From Candidatus Rifleibacteriota bacterium (GTDB taxonomy: Bacteria > Muiribacteriota > Ozemobacteria > Ozemobacterales > Ozemobacteraceae): a DNA stretch of 25,427 nt. The notes beneath the pieces are model-generated. The model searched no databases. It was not told where the DNA came from and worked only from the letters and a program-made list of their open reading frames with translations. Both the position numbers and the translations under genes were made by a program. The stretch is taken from positions 1-25,427 of the forward strand of contig JBNJGH010000043.1 in assembly GCA_051747585.1 (NCBI GenBank), read 5' to 3'. Shown in pieces: positions 18,089-25,427 of the stretch. Numbering within the stretch: the stretch's first letter is position 1; every line of letters begins with the position of its first letter.

Positions 18089-19654
18089 TCAGGGGCTAAC
18101 CTTCTCGGCTTTCATCGGTTGAACTGCCGGTAAGGTCATGTCAACTTCTGCGGGTGCTTTAGCGGCAGGGTTGGCTCCTTCGATTTCACTTCTTTTCTCG
18201 AGAATGTTCCGGATTAAGATGTTTTTTAAAGGGGTAACCATAAAAGGAGTTTTTCCGGCAAGATTTTTGTGCCAGGGGTCAGCACCGTTTTTTAATAGTT
18301 TGCTGGTGATTTCATAAAATCCGTTAGAGGCAGCCAGGTGCAGAGCTGTATTCCCCCTGATGTCTTCAATGTTAACATCGCAGCCATTGTTGATTAAAAA
18401 AGACACTATTTGCATGTTGTTCTGTTGTACTGCTAGATGAAGCGGTCCTTCATCGAATCTATTGCGGGCAAATACTTCTGCTCCGGCAGTTACAAGCTGT
18501 GGAACCAGCTTATTCTGACTTTTTCTCACCGCATAATGCAAAGCCGTATTGCCTGTTAGATCTTTTTTATTTACGTCGCAATTCTTTTTTATCAATGCGG
18601 CTGCCAGCTGAGAATTCTCAGCAATTATGGCAAGAATTAAAGCGTGTCGACCTACTCCATCAGTTGCATTTATATCTGTGACTTTTTCCAGTAGTAAAAA
18701 AGCAGAATTAAATTTTTTATTGATAATTGCATAGCAAAGCAGGGGAGTTTGGGCCTTGCTTTTTATATCCGGACTAATGCCGCTACCCAGAAAACTTTTG
18801 ATTTTTGTTAGATTCTGTTCGTAAACCGCTTGAAAAAGTTCAGGCTGTTGTGAGCTGGTGCTGTTTTTTATTGCAAATGAGTTCGGTAGGGGCCAGCCGC
18901 CATAAAGATTGAATTCAAACATTAGCTGACTTTTGCTCATCGTGCCACCACGACTTTGTAGATACATCGAAATATCACGGTTTTTGCTGAAGGCAAGATC
19001 GCCGGGAGTCCAGCCATATTGCATTTTTGCTGAAGGATCTGCACCATTTTCACACAATAAAACTGCTGCTTCGAGGTTGCCCCCTCTTGCTGCAAAATGC
19101 AGTGGAGTGTAGCCGCCATTGGTTCGTGAATCTACGTGAACTCCCGCCCTTAATGATGCTTTGATTACTTCGGTGTAACCTTCTTTTGCCGCCAGATGCA
19201 GGGGGTATCTGCCGCTTTTGTTGCACTTTGCCAAAGGAGCTTTGTGTTTTAAAAGTAGTTTAACGCATTTCGAGCTGTTGTTTTTTAAGGCAAGGTGAAG
19301 GGGTGTGTTGCCGCGCTTGTCTCGCGCGCCTGCTTTGAAGCCGATGCTCAGTAACTTGGCAACGAAAAGCGGCTTGCTTGCAATACAGGCAAGATGAAGA
19401 AGATTACGTCTGCTTTTTCGTTCTATTGAATTAATAAATGATGGAGAATTTGTTTTATTGACAAGCATTTCATCCGGGGTTTTCTTAACATATTCTAAGA
19501 TTCCCGCTTTTTGCCGCTGATTTCTGCTGGTGCTTCTGTCAGTTGGGACTTCATATCCCATTCGGTTTAAAACTAATATCAGAAAAATAATAACTAAAAC
19601 AATGTTCCTGGCGTTGAAAATTGTTTGCTCATTCTGATCTTGATATCTGGACAC
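18089..19654 (-). CDS. Membrane-anchored ankyrin-repeat protein
   Basis: Many G-x-T-P/A-L-H-x-A repeats in two blocks, an N-terminal hydrophobic helix, and a GTG start with AAGGA upstream. Confidence 0.92.
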   Translation of the reverse strand: MSRYQDQNEQTIFNARNIVLVIIFLILVLNRMGYEVPTDRSTSRNQRQKAGILEYVKKTPDEMLVNKTNSPSFINSIERKSRRNLLHLACIASKPLFVAKLLSIGFKAGARDKRGNTPLHLALKNNSSKCVKLLLKHKAPLAKCNKSGRYPLHLAAKEGYTEVIKASLRAGVHVDSRTNGGYTPLHFAARGGNLEAAVLLCENGADPSAKMQYGWTPGDLAFSKNRDISMYLQSRGGTMSKSQLMFEFNLYGGWPLPNSFAIKNSTSSQQPELFQAVYEQNLTKIKSFLGSGISPDIKSKAQTPLLCYAIINKKFNSAFLLLEKVTDINATDGVGRHALILAIIAENSQLAAALIKKNCDVNKKDLTGNTALHYAVRKSQNKLVPQLVTAGAEVFARNRFDEGPLHLAVQQNNMQIVSFLINNGCDVNIEDIRGNTALHLAASNGFYEITSKLLKNGADPWHKNLAGKTPFMVTPLKNILIRNILEKRSEIEGANPAAKAPAEVDMTLPAVQPMKAEKVSP

Positions 19655-19677
19655 AGGTTAAATCCTTGTTGCAAAAT

Positions 19678-19894
19678 TAGTTATTATCCATTTAGTAGTA
19701 TTAGCAAGTTTCAAGACATTTTTGTTTTTTTGTTATGTACTACATTTTAGCATATCAAAGATTGCTTCGTCGTTCTGCTTCGCATAAAGCTTCGCAGAAC
19801 TTCTCGCAATGACAATTTGGGGCTGTCATTGCGAGCGAAGCGAAGCAATCTAAATGTCTTGAACCGGTTTCAACAAACAAATGGATAATTACTG
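19678..19894. mobile_element. Degenerate MITE-like element containing a nested REP-type palindrome
   Basis: TAGTTATTATCCATTT (19678-19693) matches the right-end reverse complement CAGTAATTATCCATTT. Flanks GTTGCAAAAT/GCTGCAAAGT match 8/10. Inner perfect 12-bp IR at 19710-19721/19852-19863. Confidence 0.6.
19759..19851. repeat. REP-like palindrome of the GTCATTGCGAG...GAAGCAATCT type
   Basis: AGATTGCTTCG (19759-19769)/CGAAGCAATCT (19841-19851). CTCGCAATGACA (19803-19814)/TGTCATTGCGAG (19824-19835). Side hairpin GTTCTGC/GCAGAAC (19772-19800). Confidence 0.85.
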
Positions 19895-19975
19895 GCTGCA
19901 AAGTTTCATTTATTGAATTGTAGCATAAAGGTTGCTAAAATTGCTTAAATTTGCCACGCCGAAAGGAATGAGAGA

Positions 19976-21043
19976 ATGAAACTATTCAGAAGCGATTTGT
20001 TGCAGGCCGGCCCCCCTGCAGATATTTCAGTGCCGCGTAAAAAGCACATGATGTGTTTGAATGAAAGCGTGCTGGATCCCTATCAGGTTATTGATGAAGC
20101 TTTCGCGCAGACAATGAAAGACATAAGGCTTAATCGATATTTCAGCCATGTAACCTCAGATTTGAAAAGAGAATTAATTGATTATGTCGGGCACAATGTT
20201 GCTGGCGATAACTTACTCTGGGGCAATGGTGCCGATGATATGCTTTTTGCAACTTTTCTCGCTGTGAGAGAAAACAATAATGCTTTTGTGCTTTCTCATG
20301 CACCTTCCTATTTTGATTATTCGACTTATAGCAGAGCAGCAGGGCTTAATATAAAATTTCAAAACTTCAATTCAGATTTTTCTTTCGACGAAGAAGAGTA
20401 TTTAAGTATTTTGAATCAACCCGACTGCCGCCTTGGGGTGCTTTGTAATCCCAATAATCCTACCGGGCATATGCTTGATGACGATCAAATTCTTTACATT
20501 CTTAAAAATACGCAAAAACCTGTTTTAATCGATGAAACCTACTTTGAATTTTCCGGGAAAACCTTCGTTGATTATATTAACAAGTTTAAAAATTTGATTA
20601 TAGTTCGCTCGTTTTCCAAGTCTTTTTCTGCTGCTGGGCTGCGTTTCGGTTATCTGTTGAGCGCGGCCGAAAATATCCAGCAGATACGAAAAGTTCAAAC
20701 AATTTTTAATACGGGTATTCTGGTTCAGGCCTTCGTGCTTACCATGCTTTTAAATAAAAATGTGTTTCTGGGCCATGTGAAGAAAACAATCGATCTGAAA
20801 GAAAAATTGCTCAAGCGCATGCAGAGCATTTCCGGCATGAAAATCTGGAAAACCTCGACAAACTTTTTAACCTTTTCGCCTGGCGACAAATCTTTGCCTT
20901 TATTTGAATATTTAAAAGAAAAAGAAATTGCAATAAGAAATGTAGGAGCGCACCCAATACTGAAAAACCATCTGAGAGTCAGTATCGGAAGCGCCCAACA
21001 ATGCGACTTGTTCGCCGATGCTGTAGAAGATTTTCTAAAATAA
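19976..21043 (+). CDS. hisC: PLP-dependent class I/II aminotransferase, histidinol-phosphate transaminase-like
   Basis: GNGADD, CNPNNPTG, DETY and RSFSKSFSAAGLRFGY (PLP lysine). A CobD-like paralogue is not excluded. Confidence 0.7.
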   Translation: MKLFRSDLLQAGPPADISVPRKKHMMCLNESVLDPYQVIDEAFAQTMKDIRLNRYFSHVTSDLKRELIDYVGHNVAGDNLLWGNGADDMLFATFLAVRENNNAFVLSHAPSYFDYSTYSRAAGLNIKFQNFNSDFSFDEEEYLSILNQPDCRLGVLCNPNNPTGHMLDDDQILYILKNTQKPVLIDETYFEFSGKTFVDYINKFKNLIIVRSFSKSFSAAGLRFGYLLSAAENIQQIRKVQTIFNTGILVQAFVLTMLLNKNVFLGHVKKTIDLKEKLLKRMQSISGMKIWKTSTNFLTFSPGDKSLPLFEYLKEKEIAIRNVGAHPILKNHLRVSIGSAQQCDLFADAVEDFLK

Positions 21044-21057
21044 GGCTAAATATCAGC

Positions 21058-21220
21058 CCCCGACAACCGGCAGTTGTTGCCTCGCGCCAGGCCACCAGGG
21101 GAGTTTCGATATCGCTATCGAAATCGGGGCTCGGGATCGAATAAAGAGATTTACTTCATAATTTTTCGATAAACAAAACCGACCCCGACAACCGATATCT
21201 GTCGCCTGGGGCAAGGCCAC
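21058..21220. repeat. Imperfect 38-bp direct repeat flanking ATCG-rich short repeats
   Basis: 21058-21095 and 21183-21220 match at 30/38 (CCCCGACAACCG...AGGCCAC). TTTCGATATCGCTATCGAAATCGGGGCTCGGGATCGA lies between them. Confidence 0.6.
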
Positions 21221-21243
21221 ATAGAGAATTGCCGGAGTGAAAG

Positions 21244-22851
21244 TTAAAAAAGGTTGTCGTTTTGCGAAGCTTCTAGAACAATCGGGCTGCTCAAGAGCGA
21301 CAAGGGCCCGCTTCCCGGAGTAGGTTTGCTGTTTACTCTGCTGTGAGCGGATTTTTCCTGTCCCAGGGAAAATCTTTTTGCCGGAGATGTGGTGTCGCTG
21401 CTTCGTCGGTTCGGACAAATCGATGCATGACCTACGGTTTCGACTTTTATCATGTTTGTTCCGCCGCTTCGGCCAACCGGAAGACCTGCAACCAGAATAA
21501 CAGTATCACCATCTTGTATCATGCCGGTTTTTCGGCTGAGTTTTATTGATTCGCGATACAGCTCTTCAATACTGTCGAATTTATAACCCATAACCGGAGT
21601 AATACCCCAGTTAATGCTTAGTTGATTATATAGCTTCTGATTTGAAACAACGGCAATTATTGGAATTCCGGGCCTGAGCTTGGAAAGCGCCTGTGCTGTT
21701 TTTCCTGTTTCGGTAACGGTTATTATTGCAGCTGCACCTACATTGTAAGCTGTTGCTATTGAAGCGTCCGTAACTGCGCTGGTGCGATCCGGGTATTTTT
21801 CAAACTTGGAAAAAGCTGAATAAATTCTTTTGTAATCAATTGCGTCTTCGGTATTGCGAGCAACCCGGTCAAGAAGCTCGACACAATTAACCGGATATTT
21901 TCCGATCGATGTTTCGCCAGAAAGCATTACGGCGGAAGTAAAATCATATATTGCGTTTGCTACATCCGAAACCTCTGCTCTGGTTGGTCGAGGCGACTTT
22001 ATCATGGAGTGCAGCATCTGAGTTGCTGTTATGACTGGTTTCCCGGCCATATAACATCGTCTGATAATCTCTTTTTGCACTATGGGAACTTCTTCAGGAA
22101 GCAGCTCTACGCCAAGGTCACCTCTGGCAACCATAATTCCGTCTGCTACTTCGAGAATCTGATTGAAATTTACCAGACCCGCATGATTTTCGATTTTTGC
22201 AATTACTTTGATTTCAGGTTTGCCTTCAACATCGAGAATAGCTTTGACTCTTCTAATGGTGTCTTCTGATTCTGAAAACGAGACGGCGATGAAATCAAAA
22301 TCGTTCGCAGCTGCAAATCTAATATCTTCCCGGTCTTTAACAGTAGGGTTGGGAAGATTGAGCTGCAGCCTGGGTACATTTACGCCGCGTTTTGACTTTA
22401 TTATGCCATCATTCATGATTTCACAGACAATGTTTTCATTATCCGGAATACTTATAACCTGTAAATTGATCAGTCCATCGTCGAGCAGAATCGTATTGCC
22501 CGCCTCAATCATTTCAGGCAGTTTATTGAAACTGATGCTTATTTTTTCAGCATTTCCGATTACGTCCTGGGTTGTAAGGGTAATGGTTTTTCCTGTTTCG
22601 AGTTCCAGGCAATCGTTTTCGACTTCACCGGTTCTTATTTCGGGACCTTTGGTGTCGAGAAGCAATGCAACGGGCTTTCCCATTTCTTTTCTGAGTTTTT
22701 TTATTCTTTCGACTCTAGTGCCGTGCTCCTGAAAATCTCCATGGGAAAAATTAAGTCTGGCGACATTCATTCCGGCATTGATAAGATCTTTTAATACATT
22801 TTCTTCTTCTGCGGCAGGGCCAAGTGTGACTAATATTTTGCTTTTTCTCAT
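21244..22851 (-). CDS. pyk: Pyruvate kinase with an atypical C-terminal tail
   Basis: ARLNFSHG, DTKGPEIRT, IAKIEN, GIMVARGDLGVE, ATQMLHSM, PTRAEVSDVANA, MLSGET. Confidence 0.97.
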   Translation of the reverse strand: MRKSKILVTLGPAAEEENVLKDLINAGMNVARLNFSHGDFQEHGTRVERIKKLRKEMGKPVALLLDTKGPEIRTGEVENDCLELETGKTITLTTQDVIGNAEKISISFNKLPEMIEAGNTILLDDGLINLQVISIPDNENIVCEIMNDGIIKSKRGVNVPRLQLNLPNPTVKDREDIRFAAANDFDFIAVSFSESEDTIRRVKAILDVEGKPEIKVIAKIENHAGLVNFNQILEVADGIMVARGDLGVELLPEEVPIVQKEIIRRCYMAGKPVITATQMLHSMIKSPRPTRAEVSDVANAIYDFTSAVMLSGETSIGKYPVNCVELLDRVARNTEDAIDYKRIYSAFSKFEKYPDRTSAVTDASIATAYNVGAAAIITVTETGKTAQALSKLRPGIPIIAVVSNQKLYNQLSINWGITPVMGYKFDSIEELYRESIKLSRKTGMIQDGDTVILVAGLPVGRSGGTNMIKVETVGHASICPNRRSSDTTSPAKRFSLGQEKSAHSRVNSKPTPGSGPLSLLSSPIVLEASQNDNLF

Positions 22852-22944
22852 TGCTATAGCTGAATTAATACAGCACTCCTTTTCTTGATTATGTGCTGCT
22901 TTTTATAAGCAATAATTATGCCACTTTTTCTGATCAAAAATTGA

Positions 22945-23802
22945 TCAATTGCGCTGTTGTTGTATCATTTGTTCGAGACTTTGCCAGCCTTTAAGCTGGT
23001 CAGGGGTTAAGGTGCAATTGCCTGAAGTTTGTTGGCGGTGTTTTATTGCCCTTAGCCATTTGCGGGTCTTTCTCGGTAGCTGCAATTTTTGATTTACTAC
23101 CAGACCGGTAATTTTCTGTTGCTGGTGTGATCGTAAGACTCTAGTTTTCTTTTTGTTTGGACGGTAAGAAAAATCGGTCAATGCTGTTCGGCTTAGCCTG
23201 AGCAACTCTCTGATTGCCGTGTCATCGTCTTGCATCAAAGAAAAAGTAATGTCGTCGGCATACCTGGTATAGGTTGCGTCATATTTGTTGGCAATGCCGG
23301 CAAGACGTGCATCGAGTCGGTAATTGATCAGGTTGCTCAGTCTGGGGCTGGTGGGAGCACCCTGAGGTAGAGAGCCCCGGTAGGTCGTTAATCTAGTCAG
23401 GAACTCTGCTACTTCGTTGTTCCAGCCGATTTTCTTGAAATAATACTTTACCCGGGAACTTTTAGTCGAGGAGAAGTAATCTTTTATATCAATTTTTATT
23501 ATTACCTTTTTCCCGAGGTGGGGCAGTGCGTTATGAACTATAGATTTCTCAGACTCAAAACCGCAACAGCACAGGTGAGTTTTAAGGCCTGCAAGCAGTC
23601 GGTAGTTAATTAGTCTTTGAATCTTTTTTAGCTCTGCATCGGGAGCTTGAATTGTTCTGATTTTTCCGCTTTTACTTTTTAGTTCGAATTCCCGATAAGC
23701 AGGCTTGAACTGATCAACTTTTATTTGCTTAACTTTTAAAAAGTTTCCCAGGTCATCAAGATTTTTACCGGTTAATTTAGTTATCCAGTCAAAAAGTCCC
23801 AT
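22945..23802 (-). CDS. Retron-type reverse transcriptase, minimal (285 aa)
   Basis: KIDIKDYF, LPQGAPTSP and YTRYADDITFS, plus retron signatures NAxxH (NALPH) and VTG-like KITGLVV. SD GGGAG upstream. Confidence 0.9.
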   Translation of the reverse strand: MGLFDWITKLTGKNLDDLGNFLKVKQIKVDQFKPAYREFELKSKSGKIRTIQAPDAELKKIQRLINYRLLAGLKTHLCCCGFESEKSIVHNALPHLGKKVIIKIDIKDYFSSTKSSRVKYYFKKIGWNNEVAEFLTRLTTYRGSLPQGAPTSPRLSNLINYRLDARLAGIANKYDATYTRYADDITFSLMQDDDTAIRELLRLSRTALTDFSYRPNKKKTRVLRSHQQQKITGLVVNQKLQLPRKTRKWLRAIKHRQQTSGNCTLTPDQLKGWQSLEQMIQQQRN

Positions 23803-23824
23803 TTTCCGCTCCCTTTAATTTAAG

Positions 23825-23850
23825 AAAGGCGCAGCTTTGCCTGCGCCTTT
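23825..23850 (-). terminator. GC-rich 10-bp hairpin between ncRNA and RT start (terminator/attenuator or processing signal)
   Basis: Sense AAAGGCGCAG-GCAAAG-CTGCGCCTTT followed by CTT. Confidence 0.45.
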
Positions 23851-23957
23851 ACCCTGCCAAGAACAGGGTGTTCTTGCACCCATTTAAGAAGAAGCTCTAA
23901 AAAGAGCCCGGCTGACGAAACATCAGCCTGTGCCATTTAAGGCAACGCCAGGGTAAA
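23848..23957 (-). ncRNA. Putative retron msr-msd ncRNA
   Basis: Perfect 9-bp IR (23949-23957/23848-23856; sense TTTACCCTG...CAGGGTAAA) enclosing three small stem-loops and an 8-bp hairpin. Unpaired G at 23948 directly after the 5' arm. Lies directly upstream of the RT. Confidence 0.75.
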
Positions 23958-23985
23958 TTAATTTTAAGATTTTTCAGCCTTAAAT

Positions 23986-24633
23986 TCAAGATAAAATAAA
24001 ATTTTGAATGGCCCATTGACAACAGCCGACCATTATTCCTATTATCCCGCCCAGGCGAATTATCATAGCCATTTCACGATCTGCAATTTTATTGATAATT
24101 CCTTCGAGCTTGTCCAGATCCATGCGGCTGACTTTGTCAAAAACAATGTCATGTACTGAAATCTTTTTTGCCGCTTTTTCTGCCGCTTTATCCAGCAAAC
24201 CAGGGATCTGTTTTTTCAAAGCCGATATTATTTCTCTTTCCAGAAGATCCATAACAGATTTTACCAGGCTGTTGGCGCTGATTGTAACAAAGGGTATTCT
24301 ATCGAGGTATGATTTAATGTAGTTTTTTACTTTTTCTTCTGTTTCAGCGCGATTGTGCTTCATTTGCTCTTCAATAATGGGATCCAGATCAGAGGGTTCA
24401 ACTTTACGTATAAGCTCTTCTATATTGATTAACTCGCCCTCTACAATTTTGCCCAGATTTTTAGCCAGCTCTTCCTGGCGCTTGGGTAAAAGTCCCTGAA
24501 ATTTAAACAGGATAAGATTTACCTGTTTTTTGGGGTGAAACAAAGCCTTTATAGCAAGCCAGTTGGTTATCCAGCCGATAAAACCGCCTAACAAGGCAGA
24601 AATAAAAAGGCTCAGCCAGATACTTTCAATCAT
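23986..24633 (-). CDS. DUF445/YheB-like membrane protein
   Basis: N-terminal GGFIGWITNWLAIKALFHP, QGLLPKRQ.ELA, and C-terminal E..MI.RLGG.IG..VG..Q, typical of DUF445. Confidence 0.85.
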   Translation of the reverse strand: MIESIWLSLFISALLGGFIGWITNWLAIKALFHPKKQVNLILFKFQGLLPKRQEELAKNLGKIVEGELINIEELIRKVEPSDLDPIIEEQMKHNRAETEEKVKNYIKSYLDRIPFVTISANSLVKSVMDLLEREIISALKKQIPGLLDKAAEKAAKKISVHDIVFDKVSRMDLDKLEGIINKIADREMAMIIRLGGIIGIMVGCCQWAIQNFILS

Positions 24634-24747
24634 TTGCCATCCCCTGAATATGTAACTCTAATAATTCTACTTTTCTTTCGCCTAACATTCAACATTTCAC
24701 CGCGCAATTCTCGTTTACTTGAATGATCAAAGATTATAAATAGAAGT

Positions 24748-24775
24748 TTGACTTGAATGCCTTTTATGCTAGATT
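24748..24775 (+). promoter_or_regulatory. Putative sigma70 promoter for the flavodiiron gene
   Basis: TTGACT-N16-TAGATT with an extended -10 TG. Confidence 0.45.
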
Positions 24776-24822
24776 TGCTAGTAGAAAGAATAAGAAAGTT
24801 TTCACAATCAGGAGGAAAACAA

Positions 24823-25427
24823 TTGAAACATAAAATAGCTGAAAATATCTATTGGGTCGGTGCTCTGGAATGGTCGAAAGAATATTTTCATGGTCATGAA
24901 TTATCGATCAGGCATGGCACAAGCTACAACTCATATTTTATCGATGACGAAAAAAAAGTTCTTATAGACATGGTCAGGCTAAATCATTGCGATGACCTTT
25001 TCCGGCACATCGAAGAACATGTAAAAATAGAAGACCTCGATATATTGATTATCAACCATGCAGAGCCTGATCACGCAAGCTCTCTGCCTCGATTGCTGGA
25101 AAAGAACCCGGATCTGGAAATCTATGTAAGCCGTGGGGGCAAAACTTCAGTTTCAAGACACACGCCTCAGGCTGAAAATCTTAAAGTAGTCAAAACCGGC
25201 GACAGCATATCCACCGGCAGTAAAACCCTTAAGTTCTTTGAAGCCCAAATGTTGCACTGGCCTGACACAATGTTTACTTATTGTGTTGAAGACAAAGTTT
25301 TGTTTTCAGCAGATGCTTTTGGTCAGCACTTTGCCAGCAGCGAACGATTTGCCGATGAGGTCGATGAAAAGGGCCTCTGGTATGAGGCCGAGAAGTATTT
25401 TGCCAACATTTTGACTCCTTATTCTCC
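24823..25427 (+). CDS. fprA: Flavodiiron protein (FprA/A-type flavoprotein), 3' end outside the window
   Basis: Not in the ORF track. TTG start after AGGAGG; manual translation MKHKIAENIYWVG...GTSYNSY...NHAEPDH...MLHWPD...LFSADAFGQH. Confidence 0.92.
   Translation, partial: MKHKIAENIYWVGALEWSKEYFHGHELSIRHGTSYNSYFIDDEKKVLIDMVRLNHCDDLFRHIEEHVKIEDLDILIINHAEPDHASSLPRLLEKNPDLEIYVSRGGKTSVSRHTPQAENLKVVKTGDSISTGSKTLKFFEAQMLHWPDTMFTYCVEDKVLFSADAFGQHFASSERFADEVDEKGLWYEAEKYFANILTPYS

Noticed and set aside
21058..21220. CRISPR mini-array
   Set aside because: Only two units with 8 mismatches, an 87-bp gap and no cas genes.
21053..21418. 121-aa minus-strand ORF as a frameshifted PEP-utiliser domain of pyk
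   Set aside because: It lacks the TSH phospho-His motif, has no SD and runs through repeat DNA.
22945..23802. RT as a group II intron, DGR or CRISPR-associated RT
   Set aside because: No maturase or endonuclease region, no intron-sized flanks, no TR/VR pair or avd gene seen, no cas1 or array. The NAxxH and ITG motifs plus the a1/a2 RNA favour a retron.
24790..24807. Rex-like operator upstream of fprA
   Set aside because: Only one half-site (TTCACAA) matches, and the palindrome is poor.
1..25427. tRNA, rRNA, integrase or transposase genes
   Set aside because: None was recognised by eye. tRNAscan-SE or Infernal would be needed to exclude divergent RNAs.

Overview
AT-rich bacterial chromosomal window. 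The PilX/pilin-like genes and the ~1000-aa HAMP-cyclase pair suggest Candidatus Riflebacteria or a similar lineage (inference only). It holds two pilin-like genes, a DHH/DHHA1 phosphoesterase, a Sel1 lipoprotein, three class III nucleotide cyclases, an EEP hydrolase, a SAM methyltransferase, hutU, an ankyrin protein, a HisC-like aminotransferase, pyk, a retron-type reverse transcriptase, a DUF445-like protein and a partial flavodiiron gene. Three things stand out. (1) A compact retron-like unit: an RT with NAxxH/YADD/ITG motifs, an upstream ncRNA with a 9-bp a1/a2 repeat, a candidate branching G and a very short msd, and no recognisable effector. (2) Two overlapping cyclase genes whose catalytic residues are lost in an exactly complementary way, predicting an obligate C1/C2-type heterodimeric adenylate cyclase. 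(3) Two nested MITE/REP elements with related TIRs, one with a perfect 9-bp target-site duplication.
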